DNA from: Acidobacteriota bacterium
GTDB taxonomy: Bacteria; Acidobacteriota; B3-B38; Guanabaribacteriales; JAGGZT01
Length of the DNA stretch: 64,000 nt
Assembly: GCA_021161905.1 (NCBI GenBank)
Contig: JAGGZT010000012.1
Location: 17,675 to 81,674 of the forward strand
Direction of reading: 5' to 3'
Position numbers and translations under genes: made by a program. The notes under the pieces were generated by a model, which was given only the letters and a program-made list of their open reading frames with translations, ran no database searches and was not told where the DNA came from. Shown in pieces: positions 1 through 11,030 of the stretch; position 1 is the first letter of the stretch, and every line of letters starts with the position of its first letter.

Positions 1-523
1 TACCTACCCGGCAGAATTGATGAACGCCAGAAAAAGCCCCTACTACCGCATAATCCTCCACTAACACATGGCCCGCCAATGTCCCAGCATTCCCGAATAT
101 AATTCCATTACCCACTACACAGTCATGGGCAATATGGGAATAAGCCATAAAGTAGTTATCACTGCCAATAACCGTCTCCCCCCTACCACAGGCGGTCCCC
201 GCATTCACTGTGGTGAACTCACGAAAGACATTCCTTGCCCCGATCCGGACATAGGTCTTCTCCCCCTTATACTTCAGATCTTGAGCTGGGGTTCCTATAG
301 AACAAAAAGGGTAGATATGACAATCCTCCCCTATCTCGGTATAACCCACTATGTGGACATTGGCCTCAATGACCGTCCCCCTTCCTATCTTTACATTATC
401 ACCAATTATCGAGTAGGGACCTATCTTCACCCCCTCATCAATCTCTGCCTTAGGACTTATGACAGCTGTAGGATGAAACTTCACCTTCCTCCTCCTTGTG
501 AAAAGAACAAAAGTCTTACTCAT
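1..523 (-). CDS. lpxA: UDP-N-acetylglucosamine O-acyltransferase LpxA; N-terminal ~174 aa only, gene continues past window start
   Basis: Hand translation of the reverse strand from ATG at 523..521: [47 protein letters not shown]...QDLKYKGE...GSDNYFMAYSHIAHDC...HQFCRVG, with the hexapeptide repeats and the LpxA-specific motifs. The start overlaps the fabZ stop by 8 nt. It sits in the canonical lpxD-fabZ-lpxA position. The plus-strand ORF 68..529 is its antisense shadow. Confidence 0.85.
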   Translation of the reverse strand, partial: MSKTFVLFTRRRKVKFHPTAVISPKAEIDEGVKIGPYSIIGDNVKIGRGTVIEANVHIVGYTEIGEDCHIYPFCSIGTPAQDLKYKGEKTYVRIGARNVFREFTTVNAGTACGRGETVIGSDNYFMAYSHIAHDCVVGNGIIFGNAGTLAGHVLVEDYAVVGAFSGVHQFCRVG

Positions 524-980
524 CAGTAAGAGCGGTGAGGATAATCGCTTCCGCTACCAACTTATCCCCAACATACGCCTTCCCCTGCATCTTGCAGGTC
601 CGCTCCCGAAGGCGTAATACCTCAACTTCAAACCGGAGCTGGTCCCCCGGCACCACCGGCTTACGGAATTTCGCCTTATCGATCCCCATAAAGTAAACGA
701 TCTTATTGCTGAGATTGGGGATCGACCGGAGCAGGAGCACCCCTCCCACCTGAGCCATCGCCTCGACGATAAGCACCCCTGGCATAACGGGCCTCCCTGG
801 AAAATGGCCAGTGAAGAAGGCTTCGTTCACGGTTACATTTTTTATCCCCACTATCCGCTTGTTCTCCTCGAGTTCGAGAATCCTATCGACAAGCAGAAAG
901 GGATACCGATGGGGAAGGATATTCATCACCTCCCGGACATCGAGGATAGGCTCCTCTCTCCGTTTGCTCTCCTCCATCAC
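516..980 (-). CDS. fabZ: 3-hydroxyacyl-ACP dehydratase FabZ
   Basis: 154 aa with a hot-dog fold and the motifs [11 protein letters not shown] and [16 protein letters not shown]. It lies between lpxD and lpxA. Confidence 0.95.
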   Translation of the reverse strand: MMEESKRREEPILDVREVMNILPHRYPFLLVDRILELEENKRIVGIKNVTVNEAFFTGHFPGRPVMPGVLIVEAMAQVGGVLLLRSIPNLSNKIVYFMGIDKAKFRKPVVPGDQLRFEVEVLRLRERTCKMQGKAYVGDKLVAEAIILTALTDE

Positions 981-989
981 TCATCCTCC

Positions 990-2048
990 TTACTTTTTCT
1001 TCGGGGGATAACCCTTATTCTCATAAGCGATCCTCTCCAATCTCTTCAGCCGTTGGAACAACTCAGGCAGACGGCTGAAAAGAGCGGTAGCCCTTAGCCA
1101 CTCCCTGTGATCCCGCGCCGGAAAACCGGCAATAGAGGAACCCGGAGGGATATCCTTGGTGACCACTCCCCTTCCCGCTATCTGCACTCCATCACCCACC
1201 TCCACATGATCCACCGTGGCTGATTGGCCCGCAAAAAGGACATCCTTCCCGATCCGAGAGCTGCCTGAGATCCCCACCTGCCCCACCAAAATGGAATTTT
1301 CCCCAATTACCACATTATGAGCCACCTGAACCAGATTGTCTATCTTCACTCCCCTCCCGATCCTCGTTTCTCCAAGAGTGGCTCGATCAATACAGGAATT
1401 AGCGCCTATCTCCACATCGTCCTCAATCACCACCCGTCCCACCTGAGGGATTTTGACATTCTTCCCTCCTTCCTTCACATAACCAAAACCATCCGCTCCG
1501 ATCACCGCCCCGGAATGGATTATCACCCTCGCCCCTATCTTGGTACCGGGATAAATAGAGACCAAGGGATAAATCACCGAATCATCCCCGATCTCCACAT
1601 CATCACCCACGATCACCCCAGGATGAAGGACTACCCGGTCACCCAACCAAGAATTCCTACCCACATAGACGAAAGGATAAATGCTCACCCCCTCTCCTAT
1701 AGATACGCCTTCATCAAGATGGGCAAGAGGGCTTATCTCCCTTCGCTCGGCTTTCTTAGGGTATAAGAAATTGAGGATCTTAGCCAAAGCAAGATGTGGG
1801 TTATCAACCCTTATGAGGTTCCTCCCCCTGAGGGAAGACCCCCTCCTGATGATAAAAGCCCCTGCCTTCGACCGCTCTGCTTCAGGGAGATATCTCTCGT
1901 TGGCGATAAAGGAAAGAGAACCCTCTCCTGCTTCCGCTAACGGTTTCACCTCATAGATAATGTAACTTTTATCTCCGGAAACTTCCCCCCCTACCAGCCG
2001 AGCGAGTTCTTCAAGGGTTACCCTACGCTTTTCCTCCCCCTCACTCAC
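990..2048 (-). CDS. lpxD: UDP-3-O-acylglucosamine N-acyltransferase LpxD
   Basis: 352 aa with an LpxD N-terminal domain followed by left-handed beta-helix hexapeptide repeats. Synteny is skp-lpxD-fabZ-lpxA. Confidence 0.93.
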   Translation of the reverse strand: MSEGEEKRRVTLEELARLVGGEVSGDKSYIIYEVKPLAEAGEGSLSFIANERYLPEAERSKAGAFIIRRGSSLRGRNLIRVDNPHLALAKILNFLYPKKAERREISPLAHLDEGVSIGEGVSIYPFVYVGRNSWLGDRVVLHPGVIVGDDVEIGDDSVIYPLVSIYPGTKIGARVIIHSGAVIGADGFGYVKEGGKNVKIPQVGRVVIEDDVEIGANSCIDRATLGETRIGRGVKIDNLVQVAHNVVIGENSILVGQVGISGSSRIGKDVLFAGQSATVDHVEVGDGVQIAGRGVVTKDIPPGSSIAGFPARDHREWLRATALFSRLPELFQRLKRLERIAYENKGYPPKKK

Positions 2049-2066
2049 TTCCTCGCCCTGGTGTTA

Positions 2067-2627
2067 TTATTTTTTCTTCGGTGTCGGCTTCACCTTCCTC
2101 TGCTGGCTCAGCTTATTGAACCGAACAATCACCTTATCGGTAATATCAATCTTTGGATCGACATAAAGCATTCCCGGAGAAGCCTCAAGGATGAGACTGT
2201 AACCTTCCTCCTTCGCTAGCTGATTTATTATAGGCATAATCCTACTTCCGAACTTGGCAAACTGCTCCTGAGAATAAGCATTTAATTCTGCCTGAGCGTC
2301 CTCTTTAAACCGGTTAAGATCCCGGATTTTCTGCTCCAGCTCCCTCTGCTTCCTCAAACGGGCTTCCTCACTCAGTGAACCCGCCTGCCGCTGTAAGAGC
2401 TGTTGCTCTTTAAGGATTGCGTTCTGACGCGCCTGGATCTCCGCCTCTTTTTCCTGTTTTTTCTTCTTAAGCTTAGCCAGGAATGCCTTTCCCTCTATCG
2501 ATTCTCTAACCACTCGATTGGTATTCAGAACGCCGATCTTAGCTCCAGATGTCGGCTTCTGGTTAACCGCTACCAAAGGAAGAGCCAGAATAAACGCAAG
2601 CAGAAAGTAAATCTCCTTTCTCTTCAT
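2067..2627 (-). CDS. skp: periplasmic chaperone Skp/OmpH
   Basis: 186 aa with a signal peptide and a long charged coiled-coil (Q/E/K-rich). It lies directly between bamA and lpxD, as in the canonical locus. Confidence 0.85.
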   Translation of the reverse strand: MKRKEIYFLLAFILALPLVAVNQKPTSGAKIGVLNTNRVVRESIEGKAFLAKLKKKKQEKEAEIQARQNAILKEQQLLQRQAGSLSEEARLRKQRELEQKIRDLNRFKEDAQAELNAYSQEQFAKFGSRIMPIINQLAKEEGYSLILEASPGMLYVDPKIDITDKVIVRFNKLSQQRKVKPTPKKK

Positions 2628-2675
2628 CCTTCACACTCCCATCTCTTGTTGAAGTATCGCCCAAAAACTAAACCT

Positions 2676-4982
2676 TTAGAACATCGTCCCCACACCGAAG
2701 GTAAAGATAGAACGGGGTTCGTTACCGATGGGGGACAGGTTAATAGCCCAGATAAACCTCAACGGCACCTGTAAAAATGGCACAAACACTCGAAACTCCG
2801 CTCCCGTAGTTCGACGGAGATTAGTAAGAGAGTAAGGCTCATCGTTGTTGAAAGCGTTTCCCGCATCGAAGAATAGAGCAAGGCGAGTCTCTGGGGTAAG
2901 GATGAAGACATATTCAGCGTTGAAAAGGAGCATCTTATTCCCGCCGATGTAATACCCATATTCGTCCCTCGGGCTTACCGAACGGAGCCTGAGGCCTCGT
3001 ATGGTATACTCCCCACCGAGGAAATAACGCTCAAAGATGAGAAGGGATTGCCCACCCCACGCCTTGGCATACCCTACTTGGGTGCGGAATGAAAACACCT
3101 GGCGCGGGAAAAGGTGAAAATGCTTCACATATTCCCCAAAGAACCTTGCAAATTTCCGCTCCCCCTGAAGTGGCCCTCCAGCAAGCTCCACCGACACGGT
3201 AAGACGATTCCCATGGGTGGGAAAGATGGGATGATCTACCGTATTCCAGATGATGGAGGGAGTAATACTACTGGTGACCGTTTTCCCCTCGGGAAAGAGG
3301 GTAGGGATCATAAAGAAGTTGATGTAATAGGGGTTAGTTGGATCGGGATTCTTTATATCGATTATCTCGTAGCGATAGGTCAAAAAACCGCTGGTGAACC
3401 GATTGAAGGGCCAGCTGAAGCGAAAGTTCACCCCTACACTATTCTGATAGAAATCGATGAAGCTTATCCTCCGTTTGAAAGCAGAAATACCCAAACCAAG
3501 ATGGCGGTCGAAGACCCAGGGATCATAGTAGGAGAGATTAAAATAGGTGGCTCGCTTGCCCACCTGTCCCCCAACACCAAGGGTAATCCCCTTACCGAAA
3601 AGGTTCCTCGTCTGGAAAGAGAAATTCCCAAAAACCCCCTCGAACTCAGAATAACCACCTCCAAAGAGAATGGAGTTCCTTCCCATCTCGTGCAACTTTA
3701 TCTTTAGGTCGACCGTCTTCTTCTCCTTGTTCACCTCCCAAGATGGCTCCACAATATCGAAATAACCAAGCTGTTTGATCAGATCTAAGCTCAACTTCAA
3801 CCTCCGCTGACTGAACACCATCCCCTCCTGGAGCATCAACTGTCTCCTTATCACCTTATCATGGGTAATCGTGTTCCCTTCAAACTCTATTCTATTTACA
3901 TAATAAACCCCGTTCTCCTGAACCTCGATGTTGAGGTTGATCAGCTTCTTCTCCTCGTCGAAATTATAACGGGGGAGGATGTTTATCATAATATAACCCC
4001 GATTACCATATAACTCTTGAAGATCCTTAAGCCCATCCCAGAGTTTCTTATTATTGAACACCTCTCCCTTCTTAAGTTGAAGTATTAAGGTGATCAACTT
4101 CGTCGGCAGAAGCTTGTTTCCAGAGACCTTAACCTCCCCTACTCGATATTGATCTCCTTCCTCCACAGGAATAGTAATGAAGAGTCGTCTCTTCCCTTTT
4201 CCCACCTCCTTTATCTCCAACTTGGGGGTGTCTATCTTGAACGCCATATAACCATGACTCCAGTACAACTGCCTCAACCGGTTCAGATCGTCCTGAAACT
4301 TCTCCTCCTTATATACATCGTGAGAGGAAAGGAAAGAAAAGAACCAGTGCTCCCTGGTATCCTTCATCGTTCGCTTGAGCTCCCAGTCAGAGAAAACCTT
4401 GTTGCCCACAAACTCTATCTTCCCGATCCTCAGCTTATCCCCCTCATCCACATCGAAAAGAAGCCGAACAGTAGAGCTGGATACCGGTTCTACCTTATAC
4501 TTCACCTGGGCGAACTTCCTCCCCTTCTCCCCAAGGAGCCCCTTTATCACATTCATCACCCGATAAACAGTGGGGATGTCGAGATAGTTCCCCGGCTTTA
4601 AACTTATGTTTTCTTTCTCCAACTTATCCTCTATATCCGATTGGGAAACGGACTTGAGCCCTTTATATTGAACATTCACTATCTCCTTTTTCTCCTTAAC
4701 CTCGAATATGACGATCTTACCCTTAGGACTGTCTTGAGAGAGAACACGAATATCATCAAAGAAACCGGTTCTCCAGAGGACCTCAAAATCTCGCGCTAAA
4801 CGCTCCTCGTCGTAAGGACCGCCAACCCTCGAGGAGATGTAATAGAATATGGTCTCAGTGGATATCCGATGGTTTCCTACTATCTTTATCTCGGCTATTT
4901 TTGTCCCCTCACTTCCCAGCAATAGAGGAGCAAAGAAGAAAAGTAAGAAAAGAAATACACCAAAAGAAGGTCTCTTTTTCAT
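2676..4982 (-). CDS. bamA: outer membrane protein assembly factor BamA (Omp85)
   Basis: 768 aa with a signal peptide, repeated POTRA-like modules and a C-terminal beta-barrel ending in aromatic residues (...FGVGTMF). Synteny is bamA-skp-lpxD. Confidence 0.93.
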   Translation of the reverse strand: MKKRPSFGVFLFLLFFFAPLLLGSEGTKIAEIKIVGNHRISTETIFYYISSRVGGPYDEERLARDFEVLWRTGFFDDIRVLSQDSPKGKIVIFEVKEKKEIVNVQYKGLKSVSQSDIEDKLEKENISLKPGNYLDIPTVYRVMNVIKGLLGEKGRKFAQVKYKVEPVSSSTVRLLFDVDEGDKLRIGKIEFVGNKVFSDWELKRTMKDTREHWFFSFLSSHDVYKEEKFQDDLNRLRQLYWSHGYMAFKIDTPKLEIKEVGKGKRRLFITIPVEEGDQYRVGEVKVSGNKLLPTKLITLILQLKKGEVFNNKKLWDGLKDLQELYGNRGYIMINILPRYNFDEEKKLINLNIEVQENGVYYVNRIEFEGNTITHDKVIRRQLMLQEGMVFSQRRLKLSLDLIKQLGYFDIVEPSWEVNKEKKTVDLKIKLHEMGRNSILFGGGYSEFEGVFGNFSFQTRNLFGKGITLGVGGQVGKRATYFNLSYYDPWVFDRHLGLGISAFKRRISFIDFYQNSVGVNFRFSWPFNRFTSGFLTYRYEIIDIKNPDPTNPYYINFFMIPTLFPEGKTVTSSITPSIIWNTVDHPIFPTHGNRLTVSVELAGGPLQGERKFARFFGEYVKHFHLFPRQVFSFRTQVGYAKAWGGQSLLIFERYFLGGEYTIRGLRLRSVSPRDEYGYYIGGNKMLLFNAEYVFILTPETRLALFFDAGNAFNNDEPYSLTNLRRTTGAEFRVFVPFLQVPLRFIWAINLSPIGNEPRSIFTFGVGTMF

Positions 4983-5017
4983 CGGCTTACAATCAAGTCA
5001 ATAAGGTTCACCATCGG

Positions 5018-7447
5018 TTAGGCAATGATATTCTTTAGTTCCTTTTCCCTTAAGACCAGCTTGTCCCCCTCAGCTTGGACAACTACCACCCCGCTCTCCT
5101 TAAACTTACCCTTTATCATCTCCTCAGCCAGTGGGTCCTCAATATACTTCTGGATCGCCCTCCTCAATGGTCTCGCTCCATAGCTTCTATCCTTGCAGGT
5201 CTTTTCGATCAGCCAACGACAGGCATCATCGGTAATTTCAAGGGTGATCTTAGAATGAACGAGATACTCATTTATATCCTTTATCAACAACTTGACGATA
5301 TTAACCAGATCCTCATCGGTGAGGGAACGGAATACGATGATCTCATCGATCCGATTGAGGAACTCCGGATTGAACAGCTTCTTTACCTCAGCAAGCACCA
5401 TCTCCTTCATTCGCTTAAAGTTGAGTTCCTCATCAGTGGGAGAAAAACCGAACCCCCCCTTCTTCTGGATGAACCGCGCCCCCAGATTCGAGGTCATAAT
5501 CATTATCGTATTCCGGAAGTCAACCGTGGTGCCTAAACCGTCGGTTAGCTCCCCTTCCTCGAACACTTGAAGGAGGATATTAAATATGTTGGGATGCGCC
5601 TTCTCAATCTCGTCGAGTAGCACTACGGAATATGGAGTTTGCTTTACCTTCTCGGTGAGCTGCCCCCCCTCTTCATAACCGACATAACCAGGAGGCGATC
5701 CGATGAGCTTGGAGACCGAATGCTTCTCCATATACTCTGACATATCAAACCGAATGAGAGCACGCTCACTACCAAAGAGGACCCGAGCCAAGGTCCTCGC
5801 CACCTCGGTCTTCCCCACTCCGGTGGGACCGAGGAAGAGAAACGACCCTACAGGCCTCGTTGGGCTCTTCAACCCTGCTCGGGAACGCCGGATCGCTCGG
5901 GCAAGCGCCTCTATCGCCTCTTCCTGTCCTACGATCCGTCGGTGGAGCTCCTTCTCCATATTCAGTAGCTTATCCTGCTCCCCTTCTTGTACCGTGGCGA
6001 GGGGAATCCCTGTCCAGTCGGAAACAACCTCTTCAATATCCTTCTTATCCACCACGATTGGCTCCCGGGTTTGCTCCTTGAGTTCCTGTTGGATAGCGAG
6101 AAGCCGTTCCCGCTCCTTCGTCTCCCGCTCTCCGTAGAACACTGCCCGATCGAAATCGCGGAGGAAGAGGGAACGGTCTATCTCAGCCAGCGTTCCCTTG
6201 AGCTGTTCCTCTAACTGCTTCAGCTCCTTGGCTACGCTCGACCTTCGGAGCTTCGCTCTGGCACCCGCCTCATCAATTATGTCTATCGCCTTATCGGGAA
6301 GGAAACGGTCGGTGATATACCGATTAGAGAGGTAAACCGCCGCCTTGATCGCCTCATCGGTATATTTCACACTATGATAAGCTTCATACCGCTCCTTTAC
6401 CCCCATAAGGATGCTCAGGGTCTCCTCCTCTGTGGGAGGTGGCACCTTTATTCCCTGAAACCTTCGTTCAAGTGCCCGGTCTTTCTCTATAAATTTCCGA
6501 TACTCCTTGGGAGTAGCAGCGCCGATACACTTTATCTCACCCCGAGATAAAGCGGGCTTCAAAATACCGGCAGCATCGAGCGAACCCTCTGCAGAACCCG
6601 CTCCTACCAAGGTATGGAGCTCATCAATAAATAGGATGACATCCTCATTCTCCTTGAGCTCCTTCAGGATAGCCTTAAGCCGTTCCTCAAATTGCCCTCG
6701 ATACTTGGTACCCGCCACTACTGCCGAGAGGTCGAGGGAGAGGATCCGCTTATTATAAAGGAAGGGAGGAACATCCCCCTTGACGATCTTCTGCGCCAGT
6801 CCTTCCACTATCGCCGTCTTCCCTACCCCAGGTTCTCCAATCAATACCGGATTGTTCTTCGTCCGCCGACAAAGTATCTGGATCAACCGCTTCATCTCCC
6901 GTTCTCTGCCGATTAATGGGTCGAGCTTTCCCATTATGGCGAGGCTGGTGAGGTCCCGACTAAACTCGGAAAGGAGGGGGGTTTCCTTTTTCCTTTCCTC
7001 GTTCACCTTATCCCTCAAAAGGGTTATCAGATCCTCCCTTACGGAGGCGAACTTCATCCCCTTTTCCGCCAATATCTTGGCAGCAAGAGACTTACGCTCC
7101 CGAAGTATCCCTAAAAGGATATGCTCCGTCCCGATATAGTTGTGGAAGAGCTTCTCCGCCTCCTCCGCAGCATAGATCAAAGCCCTCTTCGTCTCTTCGC
7201 TCAAAGGGATCTCCACTGAAGTCGATATCTTTCCCCTTTTCGCCGCCGCCTTACTCTCTATCTCCTTCCTCAGAAGCTCCGGCTTAATATGGGAACGAGC
7301 AAACAACTGCTCCGTCACCCCATCGCACTCCCGAAGTATCCCCAAAAGGATATGCTCCGTTCCAATGGTGCTACTTCCCAACTGGCTCGCCTCGTACCTG
7401 GCAAAGAATATTACCCGACGCGCCTTCTCAGTATATTTCTCAAACAT
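5018..7447 (-). CDS. clpC: AAA+ Clp/Hsp100 ATPase, ClpC-type (two Clp_N repeats, D1, coiled-coil M-domain, D2)
   Basis: 809 aa. There are two Clp_N repeats ([12 protein letters not shown] twice), two Walker A motifs (GEPGVGKT and GPTGVGKT) and a middle coiled-coil. The length fits ClpC rather than ClpA. Confidence 0.9.
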   Translation of the reverse strand: MFEKYTEKARRVIFFARYEASQLGSSTIGTEHILLGILRECDGVTEQLFARSHIKPELLRKEIESKAAAKRGKISTSVEIPLSEETKRALIYAAEEAEKLFHNYIGTEHILLGILRERKSLAAKILAEKGMKFASVREDLITLLRDKVNEERKKETPLLSEFSRDLTSLAIMGKLDPLIGREREMKRLIQILCRRTKNNPVLIGEPGVGKTAIVEGLAQKIVKGDVPPFLYNKRILSLDLSAVVAGTKYRGQFEERLKAILKELKENEDVILFIDELHTLVGAGSAEGSLDAAGILKPALSRGEIKCIGAATPKEYRKFIEKDRALERRFQGIKVPPPTEEETLSILMGVKERYEAYHSVKYTDEAIKAAVYLSNRYITDRFLPDKAIDIIDEAGARAKLRRSSVAKELKQLEEQLKGTLAEIDRSLFLRDFDRAVFYGERETKERERLLAIQQELKEQTREPIVVDKKDIEEVVSDWTGIPLATVQEGEQDKLLNMEKELHRRIVGQEEAIEALARAIRRSRAGLKSPTRPVGSFLFLGPTGVGKTEVARTLARVLFGSERALIRFDMSEYMEKHSVSKLIGSPPGYVGYEEGGQLTEKVKQTPYSVVLLDEIEKAHPNIFNILLQVFEEGELTDGLGTTVDFRNTIMIMTSNLGARFIQKKGGFGFSPTDEELNFKRMKEMVLAEVKKLFNPEFLNRIDEIIVFRSLTDEDLVNIVKLLIKDINEYLVHSKITLEITDDACRWLIEKTCKDRSYGARPLRRAIQKYIEDPLAEEMIKGKFKESGVVVVQAEGDKLVLREKELKNIIA

Positions 7448-7503
7448 TATTCCTCCCAGCCAATTCCTGCCTTTTCTTCTCTAATATAATAACAATTGAC
7501 AAA

Positions 7504-7524
7504 CCCCTTTTTCAAGGGGAAAGA
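7504..7524 (-). terminator. probable intrinsic terminator of the lolDE transcript
   Basis: Read on the minus strand, the RNA is CCCCUUG-AAAA-AGGGG followed by UUUGU. The 6-bp GC stem overlaps the lolD stop codon. It lies immediately upstream of the putative clpC promoter (TTGAAA-18-TATTAT, minus strand, about 7470-7500). Confidence 0.45.
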
Positions 7525-8195
7525 GGATGCAACCTCCCATTTTCGAGACGCAATATCCGATCGCATCTTTCCGCCAATTTCAAGTTATGGGTGGCTAAAA
7601 CGAGCCCCAGCCCATGCCTCTCCATCAGTGAGAAAAGAAGGGAAAAAACCCGCTCCCCTGTTTCTTCATCCAGGTTGCCCGTGGGTTCATCCGCGAGCAA
7701 CACCTTGGGGTTCCCCATCAAAGCACGGGCAATAGCTACCCGTTGCTGCTCCCCGCCCGAGAGCTCGGAAGGGTGATGATCCTTACGATCAAGAAGCCCC
7801 ACCTCGGAAAGAAGCTCCTCCGCTCTCTTTTTCGCCACTTCTTCATCCATCCCTCGAATTAGGAAAGGCATTGTCACATTCTCCAAAGCGGAAAATTCGG
7901 GAAGAAGATGGAAGAACTGAAAGATGAACCCTATCTCGAAATTACGGAACCGAGCAAGCTCCTCCGGAGAAAGGGAGGAAAGCTCTCTCCCATCAAACCT
8001 TATGCTCCCGGCATCCGGATGGTCAAGGGCTCCGATAAGGTTGAGAAGGGTACTCTTGCCAACACCAGAAGCCCCGACGATGGCTAACGATTCCCCATCA
8101 CCAAGAACAAAATCCACCCCTTTAAGCACCTCTATCCTTCTCCCTCCAGAAAAATAGGACTTATGGAGATGAGAGACCTCGATCAGCTTACTCAT
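7512..8195 (-). CDS. lolD: lipoprotein-releasing ABC transporter ATP-binding protein LolD
   Basis: 227 aa ABC ATPase with Walker A GASGVGKST, the signature LSGGEQQR and Walker B LLADEPTGNLD. It is coupled to the upstream FtsX-type permease gene. Confidence 0.9.
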   Translation of the reverse strand: MSKLIEVSHLHKSYFSGGRRIEVLKGVDFVLGDGESLAIVGASGVGKSTLLNLIGALDHPDAGSIRFDGRELSSLSPEELARFRNFEIGFIFQFFHLLPEFSALENVTMPFLIRGMDEEVAKKRAEELLSEVGLLDRKDHHPSELSGGEQQRVAIARALMGNPKVLLADEPTGNLDEETGERVFSLLFSLMERHGLGLVLATHNLKLAERCDRILRLENGRLHPLSP

Positions 8196-9420
8196 AACGG
8201 AGCGCCTCCACCGGACTCAATTTGGACGCCTTGAACGAGGGGTAGATGGTAGCGAGAAAACTTATCAGAACCGTCATCCCCACCACCAGCGCCACATCGA
8301 CGATCCTTATCTTAAACGGTAGATAGGATATGGTATAGACATCTGGGGGAAGGGAGATGATCTTATAGGCATCAAGAAACCAGGAGGTTAAAATTCCAAG
8401 GGTGGCGCCGATCACCGTGCCGATAAGCCCAATGATCACCCCCTGGGTCATAAAGGTGATCATAATAGAACGAGAGGTGGCTCCCATTGATATGAGCACA
8501 CCGATATCCCTCCTTTTCTCCACCACCAGCAGCACTAAGGTGGTGATTATATTCAAGGCGGCAACGCAGACGATAAGGCTTATGGTGATGAAGAGGACCA
8601 ATTTCTCAAGTTTCAGGGCAGAGAAAAACGAGGAGTTCATCTGCATCCAGTCCTCAACCACATAGCCCGGACCGAGGGTCCGACGAACGCCCTCGGCGAT
8701 CGCCTTGACCTTAAAGATATCATCAACCTTAACCTGGATCACATTAACCTTGTCTTGAAGCCCAAAGAAGCGTTGAGCAATGGGGAGAAAGACAAACGCC
8801 CATTGAAGGTCTGCCTCCCACATTCCAGAATCGAATACCCCCACCACCTCGAAACTCTTCGGCTTGGGAAGGAGGCCCAGTGGGGAAAGTGAGGTAGCAG
8901 CTATCGATATCACCCGAACAATATCGCCCCTGGTTACGCCAAGGCGGAAGGCGAGCTCCTTCCCCAAGATGATGCCAGGTCTCCCCTTTTTCGTCGAAAG
9001 CTCGCTGACATCGCCCACCTTCATCTTAGAGAAAACGGTACTCACCTTGGTTATGGACGAAGGAGAGACCCCGTAGATGACCGCCCCCTCGGTCCCCAAG
9101 CTACTTGCGATCATCCCTTTGGAGAAGGCGGTGGGGGTCGCCGCCACTACCCCGGGAACCCTCCTAACCCTCTTTATCAGTTCGGGATAATCCCGTATCG
9201 CCCGGTTGGGGTAGGCGTTGAAGATTAAGATGTGGGAGTTCGCCCCGAGTATCTTCTCCTGAATATTCTCATGAAAACCGGTCATAAGGGATAAGGCAAT
9301 GATAAGGGCGGCGACCCCCACCGCCACCCCGATAATGGCGATGATGGTGATAACCGAGACGAACGCACCCTTTTTCTTTGGACGGAGATAACGAAGGGCG
9401 AGAAAAAGTTCGTAACGCAT
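8188..9420 (-). CDS. lolE: lipoprotein-releasing system permease LolC/LolE family (single copy)
   Basis: 410 aa with an N-terminal TM helix, a large periplasmic MacB-like domain and a C-terminal FtsX 3-TM bundle. It overlaps lolD by 8 nt. Confidence 0.85.
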   Translation of the reverse strand: MRYELFLALRYLRPKKKGAFVSVITIIAIIGVAVGVAALIIALSLMTGFHENIQEKILGANSHILIFNAYPNRAIRDYPELIKRVRRVPGVVAATPTAFSKGMIASSLGTEGAVIYGVSPSSITKVSTVFSKMKVGDVSELSTKKGRPGIILGKELAFRLGVTRGDIVRVISIAATSLSPLGLLPKPKSFEVVGVFDSGMWEADLQWAFVFLPIAQRFFGLQDKVNVIQVKVDDIFKVKAIAEGVRRTLGPGYVVEDWMQMNSSFFSALKLEKLVLFITISLIVCVAALNIITTLVLLVVEKRRDIGVLISMGATSRSIMITFMTQGVIIGLIGTVIGATLGILTSWFLDAYKIISLPPDVYTISYLPFKIRIVDVALVVGMTVLISFLATIYPSFKASKLSPVEALRYE

Positions 9421-9460
9421 TATCTCCTTCCGAGAGAGGCTGAAAGATAAAGGGACATAA

Positions 9461-10948
9461 TCAATCTGTTTCCTTCGGCTTTAACTGGGGGAAGAGGATG
9501 ACCTCACGGATAGAACGGGAATCGGTAAAGAGCATAGCCACCCGATCTATACCCACCCCCTCACCAGTGGTCGGAGGCATTCCATATTCAAGGGCGCGGA
9601 CATAATCCTTATCCATCGTGTGGGCTTCAACATCACCCTTAGCCCGTTCTTTGACCTGCTCCTCGAACCTCCGCCTCTGATCCTCCGGGTCGTTGAGCTC
9701 ACTATACCCATTAGCCACCTCGAGCCCCCCGATAAAGAGCTCAAACCGCTCCACCGTATTCGGATCGTCCGGCTTGCTTTTGGATAGGGGGGAGATATCC
9801 CGGGGGTAATCGATGATGAAGGTCGGCTTGATGAGAAGCGGTTGGACCAGTTCATCAAACAGCTTGGCGATGATCTTCCCCTTGGTTTTACAATCGGAGA
9901 TGTCTATGTTCCTCTCAGAGGCTATCTTCGCCAACCTATTCTCATCGGAGAGGTCTTCCGGCTCTATATTAGCCCATTTGGTCAAGGCGTCCTTCAAGGT
10001 TATCCTACGCCAGGGTGGCTCAAGGGAGATGGTCTCCCCGTTGTAGGTTATCTCCTTCTTGCCGAGCGCCCTTTCCGCCACATAGGAAAACATCCTTTCG
10101 GTGAAATCCATCACCATCTGGTAATCGACATAAGCCATATAGAACTCAAGCATCGTGAATTCCGGATTGTGCTGGGTGGAGATGCCCTCGTTCCTAAAGT
10201 TTTTGTTGATCTCATAAACCCGCTCTATCCCACCTACTACCAACCGCTTAAGATAGAGCTCTGGCGCTATCCGGAGATAAAGATAGATCCCTAAAGCATT
10301 GTGAAATGTCTTAAAGGGGCGAGCGGTTGCTCCTCCCGGGATAGGTTGCATCATCGGGGTTTCCACCTCGAGGAAGCCCTCCTTGTTCAAGAAATCGCGG
10401 AACGCCTGGATGATCTTCGCTCGGATCTCGAACTTTCTCCTCACCTCGGGATTAGCAATTAGATCAAGGTAACGCTGGCGGTAGCGGAGTTCCACATCGG
10501 TAAGTCCATGCCATTTCTCGGGCAGGGGACGGAGGGATTTGGCGAGGAAGGAAACCTCCTTCACCATCACCGTAAGCTCGCCGGTCTTGGTGCGGAATAG
10601 AGGACCAGAAACACCAATGAAATCACCGATATCGAGTAACTTGAAGAGCTTAAAATCTCGTTCAGAAAGCTCATCCTTCTTGAAATATACCTGCAGTCTC
10701 CCCTTACCATCGAAAAGGTGAGCGAAACCCGCCTTCCCATGGGGTCTAAAGGAAATTATCCTGCCCGCTACTCGAACCTCTATCCCTCTTCTCTCAAGCT
10801 CCTCAGCAGAGAGGTTTCCAAATTTCTCCGGAACCTCGCTGATCTCATGGGTTCGATCGAAACGATTGGGATAAGGCTCTATCCCAAGCTGGATGATCCG
10901 TTCAAGCTTCTCCCTTCGTGCTCGATAAATGGCATCTTCCTGTGACAC
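9461..10948 (-). CDS. lysS: lysyl-tRNA synthetase (class II)
   Basis: It has an anticodon-binding OB fold and class II motifs (...FRNEGIS..., ...GGLE...GVGIDR). The ORF-track TTG start at 10981 overlaps the -10 box of a consensus promoter, so the true start is probably the in-frame GTG at about 10948 (MSQEDAIYRARREKL...), which is preceded by AAGGGGAG. Confidence 0.9.
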   Translation of the reverse strand: MSQEDAIYRARREKLERIIQLGIEPYPNRFDRTHEISEVPEKFGNLSAEELERRGIEVRVAGRIISFRPHGKAGFAHLFDGKGRLQVYFKKDELSERDFKLFKLLDIGDFIGVSGPLFRTKTGELTVMVKEVSFLAKSLRPLPEKWHGLTDVELRYRQRYLDLIANPEVRRKFEIRAKIIQAFRDFLNKEGFLEVETPMMQPIPGGATARPFKTFHNALGIYLYLRIAPELYLKRLVVGGIERVYEINKNFRNEGISTQHNPEFTMLEFYMAYVDYQMVMDFTERMFSYVAERALGKKEITYNGETISLEPPWRRITLKDALTKWANIEPEDLSDENRLAKIASERNIDISDCKTKGKIIAKLFDELVQPLLIKPTFIIDYPRDISPLSKSKPDDPNTVERFELFIGGLEVANGYSELNDPEDQRRRFEEQVKERAKGDVEAHTMDKDYVRALEYGMPPTTGEGVGIDRVAMLFTDSRSIREVILFPQLKPKETD

Positions 10949-10980
10949 TTTCACTCCCCTTCTTTCTGAAAAGTCCCTCA

Positions 10981-11010
10981 ATTATAAGTGAAGGGGGAAA
11001 TCGCTGTCAA
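10981..11010 (-). promoter_or_regulatory. sigma70-type promoter of lysS (TTGACA-18nt-TATAAT)
   Basis: The minus strand reads 5'-TTGACAgcgatttcccccttcactTATAAT-3'. It ends exactly at the ORF-track start codon, implying a leader of about 25 nt that carries the Shine-Dalgarno sequence. Confidence 0.5.
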
Positions 11011-11030
11011 GGAAAGGGGAAAAATAAAAA

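Noticed and set aside
68-529. Plus-strand 153-aa ORF at the start of the window
   Set aside because: It is the antisense shadow of lpxA, whose hexapeptide-repeat protein translates cleanly on the minus strand from 523.
3114-3707. Plus-strand 197-aa ORF inside bamA, and many similar plus-strand ORFs inside minus-strand genes (for example 4149-4601, 5075-5536, 21339-22052, 35257-36180, 43020-43652)
   Set aside because: They are fully nested antisense to well-supported genes, with no ribosome-binding sites, and their low-complexity composition mirrors the sense-strand codons.
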